Assembly: GCA_040755795.1 (NCBI GenBank)
Contig: JBFLXS010000001.1
Span: 1 to 63,150 of the forward strand
From: a bacterium
GTDB taxonomy: Bacteria; UBA9089; CG2-30-40-21; SBAY01
Length of the DNA: 63,150 nt
Direction of reading: 5' to 3'
Shown: positions 1 to 13,000 of the stretch, piece by piece
Layout of the letters: each line of letters opens with the position of its first letter
Position numbering within the stretch: position 1 is the stretch's first letter
Notes under the pieces: generated by a model
What the model saw: the letters and a program-made list of their open reading frames with translations, nothing else
Told to the model about the DNA's origin: nothing
Database searches by the model: none
Program-made: the position numbers and the translations under genes

Positions 1-3000
1 CATAAGGTTGGGTATTAATGGTGAATGTGGTTGAGAAACTGCCGTAGGCATCTGTTGAGGTAAAGGTAATACTTGGTGTCGTGCCAAATTTTATACGAAT
101 AGTTTGACTGGCTCCAAATCCATTACCAGTTATGGTTACGATTAACCCTACCGTTCCTTCTGTTGGTGTAATTCCTGTAATAGCAGGCTCTATTCCGAAA
201 GTAATATAAGCCGGATAATTCGAGTTCAATCCTGTTGCCTTAATCGTTGTCGTCCCATACTTCTGGGTATCGATAGTAAAGGTAAGCGTAATTGACCCTG
301 ATTCTGCGGCAGTAACTGTATTAATGGTCAGGGTAGTCCCAAAATCTATTTGCACTAATTCACTACTTAAATAACCATTTCCATAGAGAGTAACTATCGT
401 GCCAACAGTTCCCGAGGTGGGAGTAATCTGGACTAACTTCGGTGCTATCTTAAACTGCAATGAATACGCCGATGTGCCGGTATTTATTCCCCAGGCGGTA
501 ATAGTAGTCGTCCCAATCCGTTGAACATCTACGGTGAAGGTAGTTGAGAACGACCCACATCCTTCTGAAGTAGTCATAGTAATAGTCTGCGTAGTTCCAA
601 ATTGAATTTGCACTGGCTCATTACCACCAAATCCATTACCTGCTACTGTAACCACACTACCAACTGTTCCTTCAGTTGGGGCAACTAAGATAATATTTGG
701 TCCAATAAAGTAGGTATTGCTTGCCGATACATTTACCTCTTCCACATCAACAGCAACAACCGTTGTCGTTCCATAAGGTTGTGTATCAACTGTAAATGTA
801 GTTGAGAAACTACCTTGTGCATAAGTAGATGTCGTCGTAATTGTCCTATTTGTCCCAAAGAGGATATGAATAGTATGACTTGCACCAAAACCATTACCGC
901 AAACCGTAACAATTGACCCAACATTGCCACCTACTGGTGTAACTACAGTAACACTTGCCTTTATAGTAAATATCTCCGTTGCAGAATTAAGTGGACAGGT
1001 TGCCTTAATTGTTGTAACCCCACTTTGTTGGGTATTAACCGTAAAGGTAACAGTAAATGTTCCGGAGGCATTAGTAGAAGCGGTAGTAATTGACCTGGTT
1101 GTTCCAAAATCAATCCGCACTGTTGAAGCGGAGCCAAAGCCATCACCTTCTAATATTACTATTGTTCCCACTATGCCTTGTTTTGGTGTTGATGTATAGA
1201 TTTTTGCCATAACATAGAAGACGTTAGATGCTCGTTTTTCAAGTTCAAATGGATCAAGCTGTTCTGTATTCCATGCAGTAAATGTAGTTGTGCCTGCTGG
1301 CTGTTGAACATTGAAATTATAGACTAAACTAAATGTCCCTGCCTGACTGGCATAGATACCACCATAAGGAGGATTTAGATTAAGAATATCTCCATCCTCA
1401 TCTTGGACTGTCCCAAAGTCAACATAAATTCCTTGACTTGCCGCATAACCTGTCCCAAAGAGTGTAATTTGTGTGCCTACAGTACCCGTCGTTGGGGACA
1501 CCCAAACTAACTCTGGAATTATCTTAAACCAATCATCTACCCCACCTAAATCATCATCCTCAACCCCGGAGGCAATATCTACTGCAGTAATCGTCGTTGT
1601 GCCATAAGATTGCGTATCAACTGTCCATGTAATATAAAATTCACCCTTATTATTAGCAGATGTAGTCGTAATCGTTGGTGTCCAACCAAATCCAATTTGC
1701 ACCAATCCACTACCGGTATAACCATTACCAGAAACAGTAACGATAGTCCCAACCGTGCCTTTAGTTGGACTAATATTCACAATATGCGGTAATATGCGTA
1801 AGATATCTGTTGCTTGCTCACGAGCAGTAGGTTCTTTTGGACCTATACCTGTAGCCGTCGTTGTGCCAAAGACCTGAATATCAATGGTAAATGTCTTTGT
1901 CCATGTCCCGGATGCATTAGTCGTGGCAATAGTAATGGTCGGATTATTACCAAAGGCAATACGGATATCGGCATTTTGTGTGTAGCCTCTACCTTCAATC
2001 GTAATTGTTGTGCCTACAGTCGCAGATTTAGGTGTAAGTGTGGTAATTACCGGTAAGATGAAGAAGTAGTTTCGTGCCCATTGCTCTGTGGTCATACCAA
2101 TAACTTTAATCGTTGTCGTCGCAAACGGCTGAGGTATATCTACTACACTCTGATAGAACCTCGCCGTAAATGTTCCTTGTGGAGAGACTCGCGGAGTATC
2201 TGGTTCAACAATCACAAATCCTGTATTAACAACTAAACCATACTCTGTCCCATAATCAATTTTTAGATTTTCACCATTTACACCTTCTCTACCAAAACCT
2301 GTTCCTTTAATAGTAATTATCGTGCCTATAGTTCCTGTAGTTGGACTAACTAAAGTAATTTCTGGAATTAGCACAAAGTATCTATCCTGGTCAGGTCCCT
2401 TCTGCCAGTATTCTCCCCATTTATCTACTTCCTGCGTATTAAGTCCTGTAGCCACAATCGTCTTGGTACCAAAGTATTGGGTATTGACGGTAAAGGTAAT
2501 AGCAAAAGTCCCGGTATCATTAGTTGAAACTGCGGTGATAGTCAAGGTTGTGCCTAAATCTATCTGCACTACCTCATTAGCACCATAACCATCACCTTGA
2601 ATGAGTATGAAATCACCCACCTGTGCTTTCCATCTATCTGGCACATCAAAGTGTAGCACTTCTGATTGCCGACTAACTAAGGTAATATGGGAATTTATCT
2701 TGAATAAGTCATCATCACGATGATTATCCAGATCAAATAAATCAGCCGCAATGATGGTATGTGTCCCGGCAGGCTGTGTATTTACTGTAAAGGTAACACT
2801 AAATGTTCCACAGGCATTGGTTGATACCACCGTAATAGTAGTCGTATTACCAAAAGTTACCCGCACTGTAGCCGTTGCCGCATAACCATCACCGGCTATG
2901 GTAACAATTGTCCCTACTGATTGTGCCCTTGGCGTTACCATCCAGATATGTGAAATTATCTTGAAGCAATCTACATCCCTATATTCTTCTGTATCAAATT

Positions 3001-4000
3001 GCCAATATTGCATCCCTCCTGGTATTTCACGAAATGCCTTAATCGTTATGATACCATAAGGTTGTGAATTAATCGTAAAGGTAATAGCAAATGTCCCATT
3101 ATAATTTGCTGTTTGCTGTATTATCATCCATGTTGTTCCAAATTCTATCGTTACAGTCCCTTGACGATGATAACCATTACCATAGACCATAATTGGCAAC
3201 CCTACTGTGCCGCTCGTAGCAGTCACATAAACAATGTTATGCGTAATCTTGAAATCTGTATGATATTGAGTCTGGGTAGTTTCCCCAACTGCATTAACCG
3301 TATGTGTGCCATAGCATTGTTCATCAACTGTCCATTGTGTCACAAAACTACCATTACCTGCGGCACTAACATTAGTAATACTCATATTTGTTCCAAACTC
3401 AATACGGATAAGTTCACTACCACCATAACCTGTTCCTTTAACCTCTACTGGAGTCCCAACGGTTCCTGTAAGAGGTGTAATCGTAATTCCTGAGGTAATC
3501 CTGAAGTAATCATAATCATCTGTAATCTGGCCTGTGGCTGTAATAGTAGTTGTCCCCACAGGTTGAGTATCAACCTCAAATTTTGCACTAAAGGTGCCAT
3601 TAGGTCCTACCGTGACAGTAGTAATACTTATGTGTGTTCCAAAATCAATCTGCACAATTTCATTTACCACATAACCACTTCCTGTAATAGTAACCATAGT
3701 CCCTATTTGCCCTGCAGGAGGAGTAACACTTATAATCTCTGCTTTTATAAAGAAAATATTAAATGCCTCTTGGTTGGACATACCTACAAGTGTTCCTCTA
3801 CTTTTTACTGTAGTAGTTCCTGCTGGCTGGGTATTAATAGTGAATATATAAGTAAACTGTCCAATACCATTACATGTAGTTATTATATTAAATTCAGCTG
3901 TAGTTCCAAACTTAATTTTTAGTTCATCCCCTGCATCATAACCATCACCATAAATAGTCACCCAACTTCCTACTGTCCCTTCTGTCGGTGAAACGGTATG
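1..4000 (-). repeat. Super-repeat A, copy 1 (the clearly alignable part of a 5,610-nt, 21-domain unit).
   Basis: It aligns colinearly with 5611-9610. For example, gatgtatagatttttgccataacatagaaga occurs at 1191 and 6801 (offset 5,610). The antisense landmark PVVG at 2343 matches 7953 (offset 5,610). 3167 matches 8771 (offset 5,604, a 6-nt in-frame indel). By eye about 80% nucleotide identity, fading beyond about 4000/9600. Confidence 0.8.
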
Positions 4001-7000
4001 AATACGGGCGATAATAGTAAAACTACCCATCAAAACTCTGCCTGAAGTAAGTCCTGTTACCGTAACACTCTTTGTTCCAAAGGTCTGAGTATCAACGGTA
4101 AATGTCAACGAGAAACTGCCATAGGCATCTGAACTAACCGTAGTTATAGTCGTATTAGCCCCAAACCTGACATGGATAGTCTCTGTAGCGGCAAATCCAT
4201 CACCTCTAATAGTAACTATTGTAGTTACTGTGCCTATGGTTGGCGTAAATAGTGTAAATTGCGATAGGATATTAAATGTATTTCTTGCCTGCTGACCTGT
4301 ATTTATACCCCTGGCAGTAATGGTTGTAATCCCATATCGTTGAGGATTGATAGTAAATGTAGTACTGAATGACCCTGAATCAGTCGTCTTCGTCACAATG
4401 ATACTCACCGTTGTTCCAAAGTCAACCTGAATCTTTTCACTTGCTCCAAATCCACTACCGGCTACTGTAACTATTGACCCCACCGTATTGGCTTGTGGCT
4501 CAACCTTGAATAATTCAGGTTTGATAACTATCGCCCGAGAATCTCGCACCAAATCAACCTCATTTATATCTGTGGCGATAATGGTTGTCGTGCCGTAAGG
4601 TTGCGTATTGATTGTGAAAGTAATTGTCCATGAGCCTTGTGGTTTAGAGATAACCGTTGTAATCGTCTTTGTCGTTCCAAAGTCAATCTGAATAGTATGA
4701 GTTGCACCAAATCCATTACCTGCCACTGTAATGATAGTTCCTACCGTTCCTTCTGTTGGCGTGTAAAGTATTATCTGCGGCAAGATAGTGATGGTAGCAA
4801 ATGCCTCTTCACTGCCCTTTGCCTTGATGGTCGTAATTCCATATCTCTGTGTATCGATAGTAAATGTAGTCGTGAAGCTACCTTCAGCATAGGTTGAAGT
4901 AGTTTGAATACTTGGTGTCGTGCCAAAATCAATATGAACCTTCTTGTATGCCCCATAACCATTGCCTTTGACCGTAATAATCGCACCCACAGTTCCTGAT
5001 GTTGGCGTTACAAAGATAACATTTGACTCGATACTTAAAGTCCCTTCTGCCTTTATTACCTTACTATCGCTATGAGCAACAACAGTAGTAATTCCGTAGC
5101 GTTGTGTATCTATGGTAAAGGTAGTAGTGAAGCTACCTTCAGCATAAGTTGAGGTAGTTTGAATAGTTAGTGTTTTCCCAAACTCTATCCGAATGATGGT
5201 TGAGGCATCATAACCATTACCTTTAACCGTAATCACCGTCCCCACAGTTCCAGAGGTAGGCGTAATAAGTATGATATTAGGTAGAATAGTTACACTTCCA
5301 TAGCAATGTAAGCCCTGGTCATCACCATGAGCACCTACTGTCGTTGTGCCATAAGGTTGAGTATCAATAGTAAATGTTGTGGAGAAACTTCCTTGTGCAT
5401 AGGTTGAGGTAAGTTGAATTGTTGGTGTTGTACCAAATTCTATCCTTATCGTCCTTGAGTTGCCATATCCATTACCTTGAATAGTAATGATTGTTCCAAC
5501 CGTGCCTTGCGTTGGTGATAAGTAGATAATATTGGGTAAAATAGTCAATGTCTTCTCTGCATTAATACCATCGCCATGTCCCTTTACTGTAGTTGTCCCA
5601 TAAGGTTGAGTATCGATAGTAAATGTGGTGGTGAAGCTACCTTCGGCATAAGTTGAAGTAAGTTTAATAGTTGGTGTTGTCCCAAACTCTATACGAATCC
5701 TTCTATAAGCCTCAAAACCATCACCCCTCACCGTAACTACCGTTCCAACTGTCCCTGTATTAGCGGTAACATAAACGATATTTGGCAGGATAAAGAATGT
5801 CAGGTTATCGGCACAGGCACCTGTAATTATCCCTGTGGCTTTAATAGTTGTCACACCATAAGGTTGTGTATTGATGGTAAATGTAGTGGTGAAACTACCT
5901 TCTAACTCTGCTGTCACAGTGGTAATCGTCATTGTCGTGCCAAAATCTACCTGGATTAACTCACCGGCTTTATATCCACCACCGCGTAATGTAACTACTA
6001 CACCCACCGTCCCTTCAGTTGCAGTTATTGAGACTAATTGTGGCTTGATAACATACTCAAACTTCCAACTGCTCTTACCGGTCATCACCCCAATTGCCTC
6101 AATAGTCGTCGTGCCTATCGGTTGAGTATCAACCGTAAAGGTGGTTGTAAAGCTACCGCAGTATTCTGCTGAAACTAAGGTAATTGTCTCTGTCGTTCCA
6201 AACTTAATTCTTACTAACTCACTTGAACCATAACCATTACCTCGAACTGTAACTACACTTCCAACGATTCCTTCTTTTGGAGTAATCAGTATAATCTCTG
6301 GAATAATTGTGAGTCTATCATCATCTGAGGCAATATCTCCTGCAATAGACTGGACATCCACTGCCACAATGGTCGTCGTGCCATAAGGCTGTGTATCAAT
6401 GGTGAAGGTGGTTGAGAAACTACCATGTGCATAAGTAGAAGTCATAGTAATCGTCTCATTAGTTCCAAAGAGTATATGAATCGTATGGCTGGCGCCAAAA
6501 CCATTACCTGTTACCGTAACTATTGTCCCTACAGTTGCTACCGTTGGTGTAACTAATGTAATTATTGGCTTAATCCTGAATGATTCCGTCGCAGAGTTCA
6601 GTGGGCAGGTTGCGGTAATTGTGGTATTGCCACTTTGCTGAGTATCAACCGTAAAGGTAATTGTCCATGTTCCAGAGGCGTTAGCAGAAACCGTAGTAAT
6701 TGACCTCGTCGTTCCAAAATCAATCCTCACGGTTGAAGCAGAACCAAACCCATCACCTTCTAATGTCACAATTGTGCCCACCGTGCCTTCTTTTGGTGTA
6801 GATGTATAGATTTTTGCCATAACATAGAAGATATTGGAGGCTCGTTTTTCAAATTCTTTAGGTCCAATTAAAATAGAATTCCAGGCGGTAAATGTGGTTG
6901 TGCCTGCTGGCTGTTGAACATCAATTGTATATATTAGACTGAATGTCCCGGCAAGAGAAGCCGTCCCATACACAGGTAACCAGGTTGCGCTCTCAGTTGC

Positions 7001-10000
7001 GTAGTCTTTATCTAATACTGTTCCAAAATCAACATATATTCCTTGAGTAACTGCATAGCCTGTGCCAAAGAGTGTAATTTGACTTCCCACAGTCCCTTTA
7101 GTCGGTGAAACCCAGACTAACTCTGGAATTATCTTGAACAGGTCATCTACTCCACCAAGGTCATCATCTTCTACTCCCGAAACAGTATCAGTAGCATAGA
7201 TAGTCTTTGTCCCATAGGATTGTGTATCAATAGTAAAGGTAATATTAAATTCACCCTTTGGATTTGCCGTTGTAGTTGTAATCGTCCGTGTCCAGCCAAA
7301 TCCAATTAATACCTCTCCACCACCCGTATAGCCGTTACCGTAAAGTGTAACTATCGTTCCTACTGTTCCAATAGTTGGAGTAACACTGACAATATGCGGT
7401 AATATGCACAAAGTATCTGTTGCTTGTTCGCGAGCAGTAGGTTCTTTTGGTCCTATAGCCGTAGCCGTTGTTATGCCAAATGCCTGAATATCAATGGTAA
7501 ATGTCCTGGTAAATGTCCCTGAATCATTAGTCGTAGCAATAGTAATGGTCGGATTATTACCAAAGGCAATCTGAATATCTGCATTTTGTGTATAGCCTCT
7601 ACCAGCAATCGTAATTGTCGTCCCTACAGTAGCAGACTTAGGAGTAAGTGTAGTAATTATGGGTAAGATAACGAAGTAATTGCGTGCCCACTGTGCAGTA
7701 CTACTTCCATAAACGGTAATAGTTGTCGTCCCAAATGGCTGAGGAATATTTACTGATGAAATGTCAAATTTCAAAGTAAATGTTCCTTCTGAAGTTACAT
7801 ATGGTTGTTCAAGACTATATGGCTCAATTCCATCAGCTCCAATAAATGGCTCCGTTCCAAACCCAATCTTTAAATCTTCACCATCAATTGGATTCCTTCT
7901 CCCAAAACCAGTTCCCTTAATAGTAATTATAGTTCCTACGGTTCCCGTAGTTGGAGTAACTACAGTAATTTCTGGAATGAGAACAAAGTATCTATATTGG
8001 TCAGGTCCTTTATTCCAGTATTCACCCCACTTATCTACTTCCTGAGTGTTAAGTCCTGTAGCCACAATCGTCTTGGTGCCAAAGTATTGGGTATTAACCG
8101 TAAAGATAGTAGCAAATGTCCCGGCATCATTAGTTGAAATTGTGGTTATACTTATGGCTGCACCTAAATCTATCTGCACTACCTCATTAGCACCATACCC
8201 ATCACCCGTAATAAGTATCTCATCTCCTACCTGTGCCTTCCATCTATCTGGCACATCAAAATGAGGCACTTCTGACTGCCGACTGACTAAGGTAATATGC
8301 GAATTTATCTTAAATTCATCAATATCACGATGATTATCCAAATCATATAAATCAGCCGCCACAATGGTATGTGTCCCACTATGTTGTGTATTCACCGTAA
8401 AGGTAATACTAAATGTCCCACAGACATCTGTTGATACCACCGTAATAGTAGTAGTTTGACCAAATGTTACCCGCACTGTAGCCATAGCCGCATAACCATC
8501 ACCGGCTATGGTTACAATTGTTCCTACTGACTGTGCCCTTGGTGTTACTAACCAGATATGTGAAATTATCTTAAAGGAATCTATATCTCGATAGTCTGAA
8601 TTATCATAATCTTGAACAAGAATTCCCCTTTCGCGATATGCCTTAATCGTTGTTGAACCATACGGTTGGCTATTTACCGTAAATGTAATACTAAATGTCC
8701 CATTATAACTTGCCAACTTTTGTTTCATCGTTAGGGTAGTCCCAAATTCTATCGTTACTGTCCCCTGACGATGATAACCATTTCCATAGACTGTAATTGG
8801 CAATCCTACTGTGCCTTCTGTAGCTGTCACATAAACAATATTATGCTTAATCTTGAATTCCCGCTGAGACTCTGTCGTAGTATTCATACCAACTGCCTTT
8901 ACGGTATGAGTTCCATAGCACTGTTCATCCACTGTAAATTGGGTAGTAAATCTACCATTTACTTCTGAGGTAATTGTAGTAATGGTTCGATTTGTTCCAA
9001 ATTCTATGCGGATAAGCTCACTGCCACCATAACCTGTTCCACTAACCGTCACTATTGTTCCCACTGTGCCAGTATAAGGTGTAATTATAATACCAGATGC
9101 AATTGTAAAGTAGCTATAATCTTCCGTAATCTGACCTTTGGCATTAACAGTAGTTGTCCCAACCGGCTGAATATCAACCGTAAATGTGGCACTAAATGTC
9201 CCATTATGTCCTGCCGTCGCAGTTGTAATAGTCTTATGTGTTCCAAAATCAATCCGCACAACTTCATTTGCTAGATAACCTGTTCCTTTAACTACAACCT
9301 CCTGTTCTATCGGTCCAGAAGTAGGCTCAACACTTATCACATCAGCCATAATGAAGAATTTATTATATGCCTCTTGCTCAGAAGCATTATATCCTGGTTG
9401 TCCTTTACTCTTAACAGTCGTAGTCCCTGCAGGTTGAGTATCAACCGTAAAGTAATGTGTGAATTGTCCATTTACATTGCAAGCATAATCTTTAGGAATT
9501 TCAACATCAGTCCCAAATGTAAGTCTTATCTTTTCACCATCTGCATATCCATCACCCATTACCGTTACTTTCGTCCCTACTGTCTGCTGATATGGACTAA
9601 CCACATATATCCTGGCAATAACCTTGAAATAGCCATAATCTACTCTTCCACTATTCATCCCTGTTGCCTTTACGGTATGAGTGCCATAAACCTGTAAATC
9701 TACCGTAAAGGTAGTTGAAAAACTACCGTAGGCATCAGTAGAAGTCATCGTAATCGTAAGAGTTTTTCCAAAATCAATACAAATACCCTCACTTGCACCA
9801 TAACCATTTCCGGTAATTGTTACAATATCATATATCTTCTCACCACTAATAGCATTAATTAGATATTGGACCACACCACTGGTAGGAGTAATAAGTGTAA
9901 TCTTCTGTAAGATAGTAAATGTAAAGGTAGCAACAACATTTTCCGCTACTGACAATGTCGATGTTCCTCTACCTTTAACAAGGGTAGGACCATATTCCTG

Positions 10001-13000
10001 AGTATCTACGGTAAAGATAACCATAAATGCCCCTGCCCCATCTGTTCGGGTAGTAGTAATGGTTAAAGTTGTGCCAAAATCAACCTCTATGCCTTCTGAT
10101 GTACCAAAACCATTACCCGCCACAGTAACCAGGATACCAACAGTCCCTGATTGAGGAGTAACTGAAACAATATTAGGTAGTATCCGCAGGGTATAAGTTG
10201 AATATTGCGCCCTGGTATGGACACCAACAACTTTGATAGATGTAGTGCCATAAGGTTGAACATCAATAGTAAATGTTTTTTCAAAGGTGCCATCAAATGC
10301 ACTCATCCAAATAGTTCTTGTCGGATTAATTCCAAATTCTAACCGTAATTGCTCATTATAACCAAAACCTGTTCCTTTTACTTGAATTGATGCACCTACT
10401 GTTCCTGAAAGTGGCGCTACATCATATATATGCGGTAAGATAGTAATAAGTGTCGAAGTGCCATCCTGTGAAGTAAGACCAACCGCAAAAATAGTAGTTG
10501 TGCCATAAACCTGTGCATTTATAGTAAATGTAGTTGTCCATGACCCATTATTCTCTGCTACGGTAGTAGTTATTGTATTCTTAGTCCCAAATTGTATCCG
10601 AATTTGTTCATTAGAATAATACCCATTACCACTTATGGTAATTATTGTTCCTACACTACCCTGCGTTGGTGTAACAGAAATAATCTCTGACCTTATCCTG
10701 TAAATATATCTTTCATCAGACTGCCTGGTGGATGACCCTACGGCTATAATACTTGTAGTTCCATAAGATTGGGTATTAACGGTAAATATGGCGGTAAAAC
10801 TACCAAAGGCAGTGCTGGTAACCGGAGTAATAGTCCGTTCCGTCCCGAAGATAATACTAATCATTTCAGTAGCACCAAACCCATTACCCGCAACTGTAAC
10901 CCAACTACCAACAGTTCCTTCTGTAGGAACTATAGAGACAATATTAGGCAGGACAACAAAAGTAGAAGTTGCTGTAGCCGGATCTATCACACCTAAAACA
11001 GCCGCATCAGTTGCTATAACAGTAGTAGTTCCATAAGGTTGTGCATCTATCGGGAAGGTAACGGTGAATGAACCACCCTCTGTCATATCCATAGATGCAA
11101 TATTATAGGTAGTCCCAAAGTGAATCTTGGCATCATTTGCCGGGTAATTGAATCCATTACCATAAACCGTAACTACTTTACCGACTGTCCCGGAAGTAGG
11201 AGTAACATAAACTATTTGAGGTAGAATTTCATAGTTATTCATTCCAGAAGAAGATACATCCTTAGATATACCTCTTTCATCTATCGCCAGAATATCCCTT
11301 AAGGGATAATGTCTCTGTTCAGGAACCGTAAATGTAGTAGAGAAACTACCCTGTGCATAAGAAGATGTTAGTGTCACTGTCGCTCTATCAATTCCAATCT
11401 TACCAAATAACACAGCAATAGTCTGGGAGCCATTAAATCCATTACCGGCTATGGTAACCTTACTACCCACCGTCCCGGACCGTGGTGTATAGAAGACAAT
11501 ATTAGGCAGAATCTTAAATGTATGTTTGGCACTAATGCCTTTTGTATCAACTGCAAGAATAGTCATAGTTCCATACGGTTGTGTATCAATAGTAAATGTA
11601 ACCGTAAATGAACCAGCACTATCCGTTGATACTGAAGTAATACTTGATGTCGTTCCAAAATCTACTCTCACATAATCTGACCCTGTAAATCCATCACCCT
11701 TAATGGTAATTATAGTACCAACCGTTCCCTGATTTGGAGAAACATCAATTATTCTGGATAACATCTTAAAGAAGACGGTTGCAGTAGTTCCCGTATTTAA
11801 TCCTTTAGCCACAATAGTAACAGTTCCAACCGGTTGTCCATCAGCACTAAATGTAGCACTAAATGAACCATAATCACCTTCAGTTTGTACTTCGGTCCTA
11901 GTTATAGTAGTTCCAAATGAGATTCGTATTACTTCATTTGGCATTCCGACTCCACCAAACCCATTACCGGCAATGGTAATCTCAGTTCCCACATTTCCTT
12001 CTTGTGGATTAAAGACAACAATATTTGGTTGTATCTTAAACTTATCTACTGCCTCTACATTTTGTGCATCCTTAGCCTTAATCTTACAAGCATCACCACT
12101 TGCATAGTCTCCGTATGCATCAGCCCGCTGAGTATTGACGGTAAATGTAGTTGTCCAACTACCATACGCTGTAGAGGTAACAGTTGTAATTGACGAATGC
12201 ATACCAAATTGTACGACAATAGGACTTGTGGCATTGAATCCATTCCCACTCAAAGTCACGATTGTTCCTACAGAGCCTTGAGCCGGGCTGACATAGATAA
12301 TCTTTGGCAGTATCTTGTAGGTATTGGTAGCAAAGCCTAATGAGCCGTAGCCGGTGATGGTAGTTGTGCCGTAAGGCTGGGTATTGATGGTAAATGAAAC
12401 ACTAAATGTGCCGTTGACATTTGCTGATGTCGTCTGAATCGTCGGACTCGTTCCAAAGCCAATCCGCACCAACCCTTCTTTCGGATACCCATTGGCAGTA
12501 ATCGTCACCACACTCCCAACCGTGCCTTCGGTTAACTCTACCTTCCAGATTGCCGGCAGAATAGTAAAGTAACCGTAGTCTGATTTTTCTGCTGTTTCAG
12601 ATGCTTTAACCGTAGTTGTCCCACCTGGTTGAGTATTTACAGTAAATGTAATAGCAAATGTTCCATCTGCACTCGATTCTGCTGTCTGAACCTGATGTAT
12701 TTCATCTGTTCCAAAATAAATGTATATCTCGGATATACTTTGTCCGAAACCATTTGCTTCTCCTGTAACTATTGTCCCCACTGTTCCTTGAAGCGGTGAG
12801 ATTAATCTAACCTTCGATGTAATCTTAAATGTATTAGTAGCAGCCGATTCGCCACAGACAGTTCCTGTACCTATGATGAGTTTATTACCATAGCTCTGCG
12901 TATCTACGGTAAATATAGCGGTAAGCAATCCTATGTTATCTGCGGTAGCAATAGTAATAGTCCTTGTCTTACCAAAACCAATTAGAACCTGTTCTGATAC

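Noticed and set aside
3113-3922. The longest plus-strand ORFs in the track (3113-3493, 126 aa; 3563-3922, 119 aa; also 34394-34750 and 51962-52321), considered as possible real genes.
   Set aside because: They lie antisense to a stop-free frame that gives a coherent domain translation. Their sequences are Cys/Ser/Asn/Arg/Thr-rich and low in complexity, with no recognisable motifs. They are interrupted every 60-126 aa. They recur only as mirror images of the conserved minus-strand codons.
10769-11036. Overlapping plus-strand ORF pairs (10769-10996 / 10788-11036, 13962-14198 / 14006-14206, 40094-40300 / 40119-40343), considered as candidates for overprinted genes.
   Set aside because: Both members of each pair are antisense shadows of the giant frame in the two permissive phases. 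Open antisense frames are expected from the biased codon content (few codons whose complement is a stop).
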